A program made the translations under genes and the position numbers. The notes beneath the pieces are model-generated. The model searched no databases and had not been told where the DNA came from. It saw only the letters and a list, made by a program, of their open reading frames with translations. Of a stretch of DNA of 64,000 nucleotides, positions 35,835-48,166 are shown in pieces. Position 1 is the stretch's first letter. Each line of letters starts with the position of its first letter. This DNA is from Marsupella aquatica (Eukaryota > Plantae > Marchantiophyta), in the NCBI GenBank assembly GCA_973895155.1, contig OZ316895.1, positions 866,435 through 930,434 on the forward strand, in the 5' to 3' direction.

Positions 35835-38218
35835 ACTTTGCTTTCTCCAGATTGAGCCAGGTCTCAGCCCTCAAGGCTGTATCCTCTCCACTCCTGCATC
35901 CAATCTGTATGCCCCAATAATGCACAATCCGTACACTCGTGTAATCTTCGGCTCAATCTGCCAATATCATTTCCGCCAAAAGTCCCTGCTCAATTCACTC
36001 CACCCTTCGATCACTACCACCACTCCACCTTCTACTGTCGCTGCTTACTTGCAATGCACCGTCTCCCGGTATGTTCATCTTAGACTCGAGTAGCTGCCAA
36101 CTCGTATGCCCCGTAATCTCGCACCACATAAGGCTTCGCTGAGATACACAAAAATCAGACAAGTCGAGAAAAACAGGTCCAACTCCGCTGACATGGTACG
36201 AATCCCAACTATACACCAAATCTTCGGCCTCTGTCTTTGAGTACTAAATCGCTCAAAGAAAGGAACGACTACAGAGTTCCATTCACGACACACTTCTCCA
36301 AAACTCTACCTGCTGAGATCTCTCCTAAACTCTCAGAATTCGAAATACCGTCTACACTTAAAACTAGTATGAACTTGAGTGGAGGCCTAATCCTGGGCCA
36401 CGCGCTGGCCACGCGCTACCTCTACAAACCGCTGAAGTTACAGAAAGCAACAACCGAACCGATCCCCGGCGTATACTCCCTATCGATGATCCCAGTCCGA
36501 TCCTCTGTGAGCTGCCTGCGACCAGAACAGCATTACGACAGAGCACTCAAGTGGTGCTCTGTCTCTCATAGAATCAGAGAGACCAAGAGAACTCAACACA
36601 GCGCTCAATCTACGCGTACCAGTCAATGTACTAGGCGAGCTTCCTCTGCCTGTCGAAGATGTAGACGAGTCACAATCAGCTTGGAACCTACAGTATTAGC
36701 CTGTACAATCCTCCCAGCTTCCTCGTAGTATTTATCCCCATTCGACTAGGCTCTCGATCACTCTACTCTATCATCCTCGTTCCTCTGACCTCAGCTGGAA
36801 CGGCTATTCCGCAGCTCCCCCACAGTCCATTCCTTCTCTTCCGCAGATATAAATTCGTTCTCCTCTCAAAAAACCCGGCTCCGGTTTGTGGCCAGTCCAG
36901 ATCAGTGATGGCCGACTCCCTTCCCTCCGCCTCAACCGCACCGCAACCTACGCTACTTGTGCGTGTTGTGTCTTTCTCTCTCTCTCGGTGCAATTGCACC
37001 ATAGCCAGCATTGTCGAGCTTTGCTTTCCAGCGGTCCCTCTCATCGCGCTCTCTTCTGTCTCTTCCCCTGCCTTCAGTCCCGCGACCAGTGGCAAGCCTG
37101 CAATAAATGGGCCATATCCAACGGTTTGTTCGAAAACCCTGCCAAAAGTAAAATGTAAACCCGGTGGTTTCTTACGAGATCCGATTGCTGGGAAAAACTG
37201 TTTCATTCACCGTATCGGAGAAACTCGCGGGTCCAGAGAGTAACAGAGTACAATCTCTTGCATGCCATGGAAACCCCCCCCTAATGCTCCACCATAAATC
37301 TGGCGGTGCAGGGGTAGTTGACGCCCCGCCAAGAGAAGCGCCACTCCCCGCAACGGGTGGCCCGCCCAGTTGCCACCCTCCCCCATCTCGAAAGGTTTCC
37401 GAGTGGCCGACGTCCAATAATATTTTCAGAACAAAAGTAGAGTGCTGTCCAGATTGCCAGACAGACCCCACTCCTACTTCCCCCAAGTTGGCGGCACCCG
37501 TGCTGTACTTCAAGAGTTCAAGGGCCATCCTTCGAGACTCTAGTGGCCAGCTGATCCTCCTCGTCCTTCCTTGTGGGATCCGACAAGCTCGTGGGTAACG
37601 CAGTATAATTATAAATATCTACCCCAGAGGGCATTTGTTTTTTAAAGATATCCTTTCAAAGATGCTCCAGACGGGCTGTCGATATTTGGGATCGGCGGTG
37701 CATGTTGAACTGGCAATGAACGACACTCGTCATCTATTTATTACCAAAAGGAACAGCCTGTGTCAACAAGGCATTGCCACCGTCACTGCCGCGGTGAAAA
37801 TGACAGAATCCTTCCAAGGCCCTGGGTGTTCCCTGGTCCAGCAGCTGTCCTCCTAACCCTGGTTAGTTATGTCGCAACTCCAGATCCACCCCCTTCGCCA
37901 GACACGGAGTTCTTCACTACTCTCGTAGTGTACTCTGATGGGCCCGCCCAGGTCGTTTCCGGTAGTCCTTATACGTAGTCCAGTACCCTGGTCGATAGAA
38001 CGGCCTGCGAGCGGGCGGCCGCGGCGAATGGAGGGCGTATGCAAAAATGGGCACACTTGGTACACTACTTCTGATGTGAAGGAATGCGGGTTACCAATGT
38101 GGACCTCCGGCGGCAGTAACTAATAATGTCGTGCAACTGCGATTGGTACAGTCACTCCGTGGTTACGACTGTTCCTGCTCACAGAATTTGTCGCTGAAAG
38201 TGGATTGGCTATGGCGAG

Positions 38219-38258
38219 GTCTACTCGACTACTGTCTACTCGACTACTGTCTACTCGG
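38219..38258. repeat. 15-bp tandem repeat (GTCTACTCGACTACT x2.6)
   Basis: Directly visible. Confidence 0.8.
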
Positions 38259-39159
38259 ACTGTGGTGGACGTCAGTACTGTAGATGTAGATGGCAGGCAA
38301 CAGTCCAATCAAACGAGGGCCATTCGAAAAGACTCCTATATTAAACGACTTCTCAGAGAAATCGACGGTCGCGTCGGAGCCAATCGGTCGAAAGGCTTTT
38401 AGAACAGTTGGGGTCCACGATTTGTTTTTATTATTGGCAGCGAAAAATGAAGGGAAACCGCAAGGTCCAGAACTTTTCACCTTGGATTTCATCTTTGCGT
38501 GAGCGAGAAGGGGCGTCGAGAAAACGGTGGCAAGTACCTGCAGTAGATTGCACATTTGCACTAGGGTAGTGGTGGTGTCGCTCGCATTTGGAAGGATGCC
38601 AAGTCGCCGCGAAGATCCGGCCACTGCTTCGGTCTCACTTACGCTGACACGTTTCACTTCCTATGCTTTTTATTTTCCAGGAAAGCGTGATTTAGAGGAC
38701 CCTTTTTGAACAACCACCTGAGGGAAACAAGAATACAATAATATGACTTATTGGGGGGTGCTCAAAATTTGGGCCGGGTCATTCAATTGCGGATTAGACT
38801 CATAAGCCTATATGGCAGAAGCCCGGCTGATGTAATGGGCTTTAAAAAAATAAAATATCAATACACGTGGCGGGGTGAGAGAGGTGCTCATATCGCTGGT
38901 GTGCGGTGCTATGCTTTCCTAAAAAAACACAATGGGCAACCTTTGGGCCCAAATGGTAAGCGGGAGCATTAAAATCCCTCAACCACTCTAAGTAGACCTG
39001 GGGGGGGTCCTACCCCACAATGTTAAGGCCAAGTCTGCCCAAATTTATCTTGGACAGCATGGAAACAATCCCGACCCAGCCCACATTTGAGACCCCTATT
39101 ACTTTTTTTCTTTTTGAAATGGGGAAGGAAATTTTATTACAATCTGGCAGGTGAAACTC

Positions 39160-39288
39160 TTTTCTTTTAATTTTTTTTCAAATAAATCTATGAAACCCCA
39201 TAGAAAGGGATCAGTCAGTCACAATTTTCGAACCCCAGACCTATGAGTTATTACTAAAGTGAACTACCACATAACCCTACCTCAGGGA
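39160..39288 (-). mobile_element. tRNA-like SINE, copy 1 (diverged)
   Basis: Homologous to 39934-40061 and 50441-50532; B-box-like GGTTCGAAA and A-rich tail. Confidence 0.65.
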
Positions 39289-39762
39289 ACCCAATAGATA
39301 CAACCTAATGATTCCATATTTACATTATTATACTCCCAAACAAACAGCGCTCTATAAACATTTTCAGAGTACTATTTGCTTCAGGTTGATTGTGCACTGT
39401 ATGCTCTCTGATTGGTTGCCTCCCCAGGTCATTCTCAATCACTGTGTATTCTTGATATACATGTCTACCTTCACATGCCATAACTCTACCTGTACTGTTG
39501 TCTACTCACTATCTGTATGGGAACTTCTTGATGGAACTCAACTCATGTGTATGTCATCATCAGCCTCATTAATAAATTCTGATATCTCCACAACAGTCTT
39601 CCATCTTTGATTGCTAGCGTCCCATATGTCTGCAATTTCTGATTATGCTCTATCTGATCACCATCGCTACAATTACGCCGTCTATTCGTTACAGTTCACT
39701 GTTATAATTGGATCTCCCAAGATGCCACAACCCCTTAGCTCTTCTCTACATACTAGCCTGAT

Positions 39763-39805
39763 AAAAAAAATTATAAATAAAAATAAATAAAAATAAAAAT
39801 AAAAA
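39763..39805 (+). mobile_element. Bare poly(A)-derived insertion with 15-bp TSD
   Basis: ACATACTAGCCTGAT at 39748-39762 and 39806-39820 flanks an A-rich tract. Confidence 0.75.
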
Positions 39806-39933
39806 ACATACTAGCCTGATCATCCGTTTCTTTGAACCTGAGTAGAGGCCAAGACCAAAAAAAAAATTATGCTATCTCCCAATTATATTTGCCTTACCCC
39901 CATTTTTTGTTCACCCTCACTTTGTCCTTATTT

Positions 39934-40061
39934 TTTTTCTTTTTTTCTTTAAAGTGAAATCTGTGAACCCCACAAAAGGGATCAGTCAGTCACAACTTTT
40001 GAACCCAAGACCTATGAGTCACTACTCAAGTGAGCTACCATAAAGCCATGCCTCTTTAGGC
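39934..40061 (-). mobile_element. tRNA-like SINE, copy 2 (~128 bp)
   Basis: A-box-like TAGCTCACTTGAG, B-box-like GGTTCAAAAGT, A-tail, 16-bp TSD CACTTTGTYCTTATTT (39918-39933 / 40062-40077). Confidence 0.78.
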
Positions 40062-40559
40062 CACTTTGTTCTTATTTGGAGTTACGAGAGCGGGTCTATA
40101 GGCTTCACTCTAGACCCTGGTTCTTGAAAGTAGCTTATAGTCACAATTTATTAGTAAGATGTTACTAATATTTAGGTGACTGATTTTTGAAAATGTCCAG
40201 GCGACTACTGTTAAGATATTTTAAAAGAAAAGATAACACACAACAAGGACATACTTTGAAGATATACATTTGAGACAAATTTTCTACTCCAATCTTTATT
40301 TATTTGAAAGCAGCAAGAATGAATCTTATCAAACTATAGTGGGTGATTTCATTGCCCAAAGCGCACGAACCAGTGAGAAGTGCAACACTGGGTCTGAGCA
40401 AAGTTCAAACAGTCGTGCTAGTCTTACTAATATTGAGAGGTGTCTGCAAAACATCCCTGGATCTAAGTGATATGTGTAGTAACCATTGGTATACCTTGGC
40501 TCTCTCCCTTTTCTACTATCATACTTTCAAACATCATGTTCATCCTTCCATGAAAAAAA

Positions 40560-41050
40560 GTTTTGGATGGTAGACACCCTTGCCTGATTGACCATCACTC
40601 TTGAATGAGGATCCAGGTGTACATGTCTTAAAGTACTAGACCAAATCCTCATATTCGAAATGGACCACTTGGCCAGAAATAAGCAGATAATGATATCAAG
40701 GTCTTTCTTGCTATCAATTTGGACTGCTATGCCTAACATCTTTTCTGACTGAACAAGATGTAACATATTGCCACAAAATAGACCTGAAGGGGAGTCACGC
40801 AACTTGATCCAATGATATTTATTGTCACCTCTGTGTACGAGACCTACTTGCCAGAGCTTTCTAAAAGTCTTGAAACTTGTGTTGAGAAGGGTAACAGGTC
40901 TCAATTGTTGGTGAACTAGTATCGTCTGCCATTTGTGCTGAGAAAGGTAACAGGTCTCAATTGCTGGTAACTTAGCCTTGTCTGAATTTGTGTTGAGAAT
41001 GGTAACAGGTCTCTATTGTTGGTGAACTAGTCTGTCTTATGAATTAGTAC
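40560..41050 (-). pseudogene. Decayed LINE reverse-transcriptase fragment with a triplicated ~55-bp segment
   Basis: RPVTLLNTSFK (LINE RPIsLLN motif) and IDSKKDLD (degenerate LDFxKAxD); three tandem copies at about 40877-41032. Confidence 0.65.
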
Positions 41051-41089
41051 AATATTGCATGTCCGAAATCAACCTTTAAGACACCTATT

Positions 41090-41378
41090 CTCGGGGGGTT
41101 AACTAAGTGTATATTTTGGGGTACCACGTGCGATCTTAGTCAAATATAAATAGACCTATTTTATAAAGAAAATATTTTAAGAATATTCTCTATTTTCAAT
41201 ATTAATAATTTATTTTACTTTATAAAAAGTATATATTAGAGAATATTCTATAAACATGAGTTTATAATACCTTCTTTTGCCTCCTACGCTTTTTAAAAAT
41301 TTAGTTAATTTCTATCAAAAATATCTATTTTGGATCGCACGTGGTTCCTAAGATTTTTGATAGTCAACCCCCCCCGAG
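41090..41378. mobile_element. MITE, 289 bp (hAT/Mutator-like)
   Basis: TIR CTCGGGGGGTT..ACCACGTGCGATC / GATCGCACGTGGT..AACCCCCCCCGAG with an AT-rich core; flanks CACCTAT(T/C) duplicated. A related end lies near 54835-54885. Confidence 0.8.
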
Positions 41379-41929
41379 CACCTATCTCAACAAACTGGTT
41401 AAAGATAACAATCTGAAGTAATGCTAAAGTCAAATTCCTGGTCAAATCACAAAAGACTGATCATACTTAAAGCTGCTGCCCCTCTTGCATGTGGTTGCAA
41501 CTTTGTTGGTTAGATCTTGAGTTTTTCTAGTCAGTTAAATCTTGCTTTTAGTCAAAACCTTCTTTGCAGTAATCTCTTGATTACTCTCTCTTTTGCTCAC
41601 AGACTCGATTATTTCAATTATTTTGATTGCATCCAGCTATTATTTCGATTTCAAAATATGTGGATGCAATCGAAATAATCGAAGTAATCTAAACCCACTA
41701 GTATTAGTTCTCAATTTGACAGCTCTCCTGCTGTTACCTTCAGTATGTATTTGTGTGACACTACTGTATTACCGTGGTCTCTGGATTGCTATGCCTATGA
41801 TTCTAGCCTTAAACAATTGAATGGACTTACCGCGTCTTCACCATCTTTCAGTCATTTTTGTTTTGCTCATTTTTGGGCAATCTTTGCCTGAGCTATTTTT
41901 CCTCACTTCCTATTGTAGATATTTCAAGC

Positions 41930-43590
41930 TAATTGATGTCGCTTGCTGGATATTCCCCCAATCTGAGCTTCAGGATAATTAGACTCAAGTCACAAAACTT
42001 GACTACCTTAACACTTAGTTCCGACGTCGCTGACTCCAACACCAAGCTCCATTATGGTTTAGGCCCAGAACGGCCATATGGGCAGGACTTAGCATGGGGA
42101 GACTTGTGGGAAATGAGGCGTGGCGCTAGCAAAGGCAAGGCGTTGAGCTGGTGGTGACACACACTAAGGACTTAGACTAAGCTAAGGGCTGGTTGGGTCA
42201 AGGGGAAAAGGCCAGGCTCAAGGTCGACCGTCCGGATCCCCGGACGGACTTTGAGTTCTGAGGGCTTGAGTGAGAGCTCCCCTTGGGACCAAGGCCAATT
42301 GAGTTTGGACGCTTGGGGCATGAGTTGTGGCCCGATCTGGGTTTGGCCGATCGGGGGTCGCGAGCGACGATGGGATCTGAGGGCCTAGACATGAGCACTC
42401 GTTTGGCCCGATCACAACGGGCTAAGGCACTCCGCTTACGGACGCCTAACTAGAAAGTTATGGGCATTGCCAGTTGGTGGCGCGCCTAGACATGTGGGTT
42501 GGGGTCTAGGTGGGGTGCCAAAAGTTGCGGACCAAAGTTGGTCCAGGGCTGGCACGACTCCAGAAACATATATGAGGGGAGTGGTGTCTCCCTTGGGGCT
42601 AAGGGCAAGCCGAAGTTGTGAGCCGCGGCTGTTGCGACACTAAAGGAAAACACCAAACGGAAACGACAATAACTTCCCATCGGGAAGTTCGTTGGAGGAC
42701 TTCTTGGGTGAGTTGGAAAGCTCTCAAGGAGGGCTACATCCTCCTAAGCTCAGTTGGGTCTAGGGGTGCCATAGATTCTTGAGGTTTGTGGTGGTTATCT
42801 CGCTCGCTTGCCAAATCCTACCGAAACAACAGCCAAGCCGCATTCAATCTCTCAAGGGAGTTTGTGTTGCGGAGGCAAGGCCAAGCCCAAGGCCAAGTAG
42901 GCAAGGAGGTTGGGTTCCAAGGGCACCTGGCCCCTAGACCATCAGTGGGGCAAGAACCGGGAGTTGGTTGCTAGAGTTGGGGCCATTCTGGTCCCGGTCT
43001 TGGGACAAGCTACGCTATTTGGGCCATGAGCATGTCCTAGGGGCAGGGCGGTCAGTTGGTGATGGATAGGTACAAGGGGGAACCCGGGCTGCACCCAAGG
43101 AAGGAGTTGTTCTACATGAACAGTGGGTGTCGATTATGGTTTCGGCTTATGGCATCGGGAGGACCTTTCACTCACCTACTTACCAATGTCTATTGGGCTT
43201 GAGTTAGGATGCTAGACTTGGGAGATCTAGATCATAAGGGTTTAACTTGAATGCTTGGTCGCTTGTGCAGGCAGTGAAGACAATTGAGTAGTCATGTTGG
43301 AGAGCAAGTGCGGCTTTGTATGGGAGGGGCCGCAAGCGGTGCAAGGGCACCAGGTTGCTTGCTTGAGGTATTCCATGGAGGTGTTCGGGCACCAGGGGCA
43401 CTTAGGCGTGGGTGTTGGGATTGGTGAGGGCATTGGGTGGCTAGGTCCACCACTACTCGTCTCTCTCATTGCCTGGAATGGGAGATCTTCACTTTCTATC
43501 TAGCTATCTCCATCATTTTTATAGTATCCTCATGGCTCAACAAGGGTATTTCTTGATTGTCATTATAGTCTAGCTTCCTCTCAACTTTGT
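41930..43590. repeat. Unclassified GC-rich block, probably retroelement LTR or leader sequence
   Basis: Abrupt composition shift, no credible ORF, no TSD found; boundaries approximate. Confidence 0.35.
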
Positions 43591-43660
43591 GTCTCTCACT
43601 ACAAAACCTAAGAACTTGATTTTGTTACAAATTTTCTTGCATTAATATTGTTAGTAATGC

Positions 43661-43951
43661 TGTTGGGGATTACCCTATCCATTAACACCATGCACATGTA
43701 AAAACCATACAAAGTAATCGACATAACGAGTACGTGGTTCACCTCACGATTGAGGCTACGTCCACGGGAAATCAAGAGACCTTTATTTCTCTCTTGCTCC
43801 ACTCTAACAATGAACTGAAGATCCATCAGGGGCAGGCATCAGCCCTGGTTATATACAGTATGCATCACTGCTAACCTAAGCTAAGTCCTAACCTGAGTTA
43901 TCCTAACTACGGTTAGTTCTAGAGTCACAAGACTAAGAGCAATACTCAACA
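43661..43951 (-). mobile_element. Solo LTR related to the outer copia (291 bp)
   Basis: TG...CA ends; TSD AATGC (43656-43660 / 43952-43956); shares CCCGTGGACGTAGCCTCA..GGTGAACCAC and the LTR start with 12160-12503. Confidence 0.88.
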
Positions 43952-46069
43952 AATGCATTATGCAGTGAAAAGTTTCTCATTTACAAGAGCTTTGCACAAG
44001 AAGGTAGTGTACTAACGCGTAAGACATTTAAATTTCCATTTCTGGACATTTCTCTTCACAGAACCTGAAAACTTTCAGCAAGAATCAACAGTCACGTGTG
44101 CCTGTGCATCCACATAGCCGGCTTGATCTTTTGCCTCCCCAGTAAGGTTAAAATTTGAGATTATTGCTACATCAAATATCATTATTATATCGGTTAGACT
44201 ATTTAGGTGTGTAGTAAACTCCTCTCTAGCACCCACTGTGTGCCATAATGCCCAAAAAATGAGAGCTTAGGTTCAAATTTTGAGATGTTATTAATACCCA
44301 TTGCTCAAGTAACAGGATCATAATACAATTATTTTAAAAAAAATTCTAAAATTTTGAACTCTGGATCATAATGCAATTAAGGGCCTAAGACATTTTTATT
44401 TTAACTAAACTTAGTAAAAGTAAATTAGAATCTTCATAATGAGTTTATCCCAATCTTGAGTGTGCATCTTCTCCAATATGGTCCTGAAATTAGAAGAGAA
44501 AATCACTAAGGGCAGTCAGAGCCAACTTGCATGGACGCCGCAGTCCTCAAGCTGTTGACCCTTAATCCCAAGACTGCCAGAAAAACAAACAGATTGCAAT
44601 TTGCATAGGATATGCTCCCTTGTTTCGTGTGAACCCTGCATCAGCATGTTTGTTTTATTCTCATTGCAAAGTATGGGACCTCAAGTGCGGGACAGTTTCT
44701 GGCCCTTGCCCTTGGTTACGTTGTCCATTTTGTATGTCATAAGCCCTACCTGACAAGGGGGTTTCTCCACAGAATTCTGAGTCAATATATGACTGCCATC
44801 TGTAAAAATTTGAGGGCCAGAAAACTAAGGGTCAAGAAAACTAAACCTCGAGAATGCGGCCATTTGCACTCAAAAAAATAGCTCTTCGTTGATATCATAA
44901 GCTGCCACAATCTGCTATGGCAGAGTTCACAACAGGTGTAGTGGCTTGTTGTTTTATATCTCATCCAAAGAAAAAGCGCATCCGAAATTATCAATCAGAG
45001 AAAAACAAAGCGGGAAACAAAGTACATTGAAAGGAAAGAGAAAGAGTTCCTAAGAGGGCAAAACGTAACCAGAAAAAAGAAAAGCATAAACCTAAAAAAA
45101 AAGTACTAATAAAAAGAGAAAAATGTCAAGCACTACATGAGAGCAAACTTTATGACTAGTGTCTACATGAGAGCAAACTTTATGACTACCGTAGTATCTA
45201 CATCCAAAGGTTGGGACCTACAAGGGCCCCAAAGTTTCCAGCCTTTGTCCATGTGTCAGCACAAGACCTGCCATCAAGCCTGCCTTATGAGGGGCTCACA
45301 CTATGGCAGCCTAAATGAATGAGATTATGACACCTTAAGGAAAGCGCCTATGACATGTGAGTTGGGCCTTACAATTCAATGGTGCAAGTCTTGGCTAGGA
45401 AATTAGATTTTACAGTCCTTTTAAACATGTAGTGTAGTTTGCTCTCATGTAGTGTTTGACACTTTTCTCGTTTTATTGGTCCTTTTTTTAGGTTTACACT
45501 AGCTTTTCTTTTTCTGGCTAGGTGTTTGTCCTCTTTGGAACTCTTTCATTTCATTGGACTTTGTTTTTCTCTGATTTATAAATTCTGGTGCACTTTCCAT
45601 TTTGAAACTAGTCGAGACAATGTAAAGAGCACAGATATCGAGTGATGGACAAGAATTTTTCCCCAAATAGCATACACTGTCGTAAGTTGACACTTGTAAG
45701 AAACACATTTTGGTTACCACTGTTGAGTTTTACCAAACACCAACTCCTATCCAGTGATAGTGTCTATATGATATTGAAAACGAATATTCACCTCTGAATC
45801 TTCTTCCATAACTCACACATGACTCTTGTCTTTCATACCAATTCTTGTGTATAATTGACTACTATTCGTCCCTAAATATAGCGCCATATAAAATAAGTAG
45901 GTAAGTACATCTAAACTATTGAAGACATATAAACCAATTCTCAAATTTGTTTTCATATTACCTTGTATAATGATATAATGTAAAAGGAAATAATATTAAA
46001 GAAAAATGCCCAAAATAACAGTTTATTGGTGTTTTGGCCTCGTATCAGTATTTTTTAAGTGCAAATTTT

Positions 46070-46979
46070 AGCCAAATTCCACCTCCCCCCAAAACTTCCG
46101 CCACTTTTGGCTAATATTGGCTACATTTTTTTGACACCATTAGCCACTCTTCCACCAAATGATGGACCCCATTAGCCAGAATTTAACGGTTCTCCTTAAA
46201 TCTAGGGATATCTGACGGTCACAATTTAATTCAGTAAAATCTGACAGAATATTTCTAGAATCTCCTCCCTTAGAGAAGCAAACATTCGCCACACTGGCTA
46301 AAAATTAAAAAAAAACCTTGAAAAATACACTGCCTCATAGACATTGTAGTTCTTGAAATGTATCTGCTACAGGAACACATCACAGTGTAACCGTCCAAGC
46401 ATTCAAAAAATTGTTCTGGACGGAAGATTTCTCATTCAACTTTGGTGACTTGTTCCTTCCATTCAACTGCCCATTGCACTGAAGGAGTCCCCAGCTGCGG
46501 AAAATAGATTCAAGCTGCCTATTTCTCTGCCTCCGCCTGCCTATCCTAGTCATCTGTTACTTTTGAGAGCTTTTGAGAAGGGATTTCAGCAGGCATCCCA
46601 AGTGGAGACAGCAGAGCATGAGACATGGAACAAGCACGAGTAAAAACAATGGACTGTTAGGCTGCCTTGTGCTCCTGCATTATGTGCATGGAACAAGATA
46701 AATCACCAGTGCTTCTCCTAAACCACCACTAGCCATGAGAAAAACCACCAAGTTTCACCATAAATAGTATTGTTTTCTGAATTTGTGAAGCAATTTGGAA
46801 CAGGAGAGGAGAAGAATGAGAGGAAAATGAAAAAGGGAGAAGTCTTGGGCATTTCACTCTTTTGTATGGCTAGTGACAGTGGACACTTCCCCTTTTATAT
46901 GAGGAGAAGAATGAGAGGAAAATGAAAAAGAGGGAAGTGCCCACTTCCCCTTGTATATATGGCTAGTGACAGCTTAAAG
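46070..46979 (+). repeat. Dispersed repeat family A, copy 4, with an internal ~95-bp tandem duplication (about 46805-46975) and an inverted terminal motif
   Basis: Homology to 19850-20120; GGCTAGTGACAGCTTAAAG at the right end. Confidence 0.5.
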
Positions 46980-47116
46980 TGTATTCATACTAGGGTGAAG
47001 GAAGGGAGTGGACTGTATGAAAATATTAGTGCCTTAATAGTAGTGAATGCACTACTGAGTGCGAGAGAGAATGCAATACAAAATTCAATGCTTGGAAATA
47101 GACTGTTGTATGCAAT

Positions 47117-47296
47117 CAAGAAAAGACTTAACAGGACCCTCTAAATTTACTGGACTTAATAGGACCCCTGTGTGATAAAAGGACTTAATAGGACCCTGTG
47201 ACTACCTATTTTGCTCAGATCTTGATGGCATTTTATTCACAAGGGTCTGGTTAAGTTGATTCAAGTTGCCAGAAGGGTCCTGTTAAGTCTTTCTTG
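47117..47296. mobile_element. Mutator-like MITE, 180 bp
   Basis: TIR CAAGAAAAGACTTAACAGGACCCT / AGGGTCCTGTTAAGTCTTTCTTG; perfect 9-bp TSD GTATGCAAT (47108-47116 / 47297-47305); internal repeats of GACTTAATAGGACCC. Confidence 0.9.
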
Positions 47297-48166
47297 GTAT
47301 GCAATTCAATTGAATTCAAATGGTATTTTGGGGAGTGGAATATAGGTTGCAGGCCACCGGGAAGGGTGCATTCGTACTGCGTTTCAAGGATGTCCTACAG
47401 TTGACTATACTACGAGGCTGTATTTTCCGTGATCTTACACTCCCCTGTCCATACTCGGGTTATAATGTAGACTCTCATATTAAATAATAAAAACAAGCAT
47501 ATTGTTATAAAGTAATGCCAGTGGACCTTGTGTGACTAGATTCTTGTTTTTTTCCCCTTTGGCAAGGAAAACTCATTGACTAAGTTGGCTCATTTTGCGC
47601 GAGGGTTTTACTTTGACCTCGTGCTTCGACAGATGACTGAAAATCCACCTTCCTACGTCATCCCCAACTATCTTTAACTCAACTTGGTAGGTGTAGGGAT
47701 AAGAGGCTTGCATACTTTTTGAATTGAATATGAAGGAATTCTTGGACCATTAGTCCCCTTCAGGACTGGCGGCTTTTCCACACTTTACAACTTCAATTTT
47801 ATTTCACTTTATTTGGCGATCCGTTGTCCGATGCCCAAAGCTAAAATTATACTGTCCTGAATTTTTGATAATTTTATTGCAATTTTCAGGCATGGAAAAA
47901 ACTAATTCAAATTCATTTCACTGCAGTGCACATAAAATGTCCTCAATGTGGTATGAAATCAAGACAAATGAACTTGAACGCAAATCCTCCTTTATGATAT
48001 CGCCTGTTGCCACTTGGTGTAGATAGGACTGACCTACACGAAAATTTGTTTTTGACAGAAAAATATTCTTGGTGTATCTTCATTAGTACCAGGAAAAAGC
48101 AATTCTTAAAAATAAAAATTTAACCTCGAACTGATCTGGCTTTATATACTATACCAGGTATATATT

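Noticed and set aside
41914-43603. Large solo LTR bounded by TGTAG...CTACA
   Set aside because: Flanks CCTAT and AAACC do not match; left as an unclassified repeat.
43597-44009. CACTA element (CACTAC...GTAGTG) around the solo LTR
   Set aside because: Only a 6-bp inverted match; the 3-bp flanks (TCT / TAC) are not a TSD.
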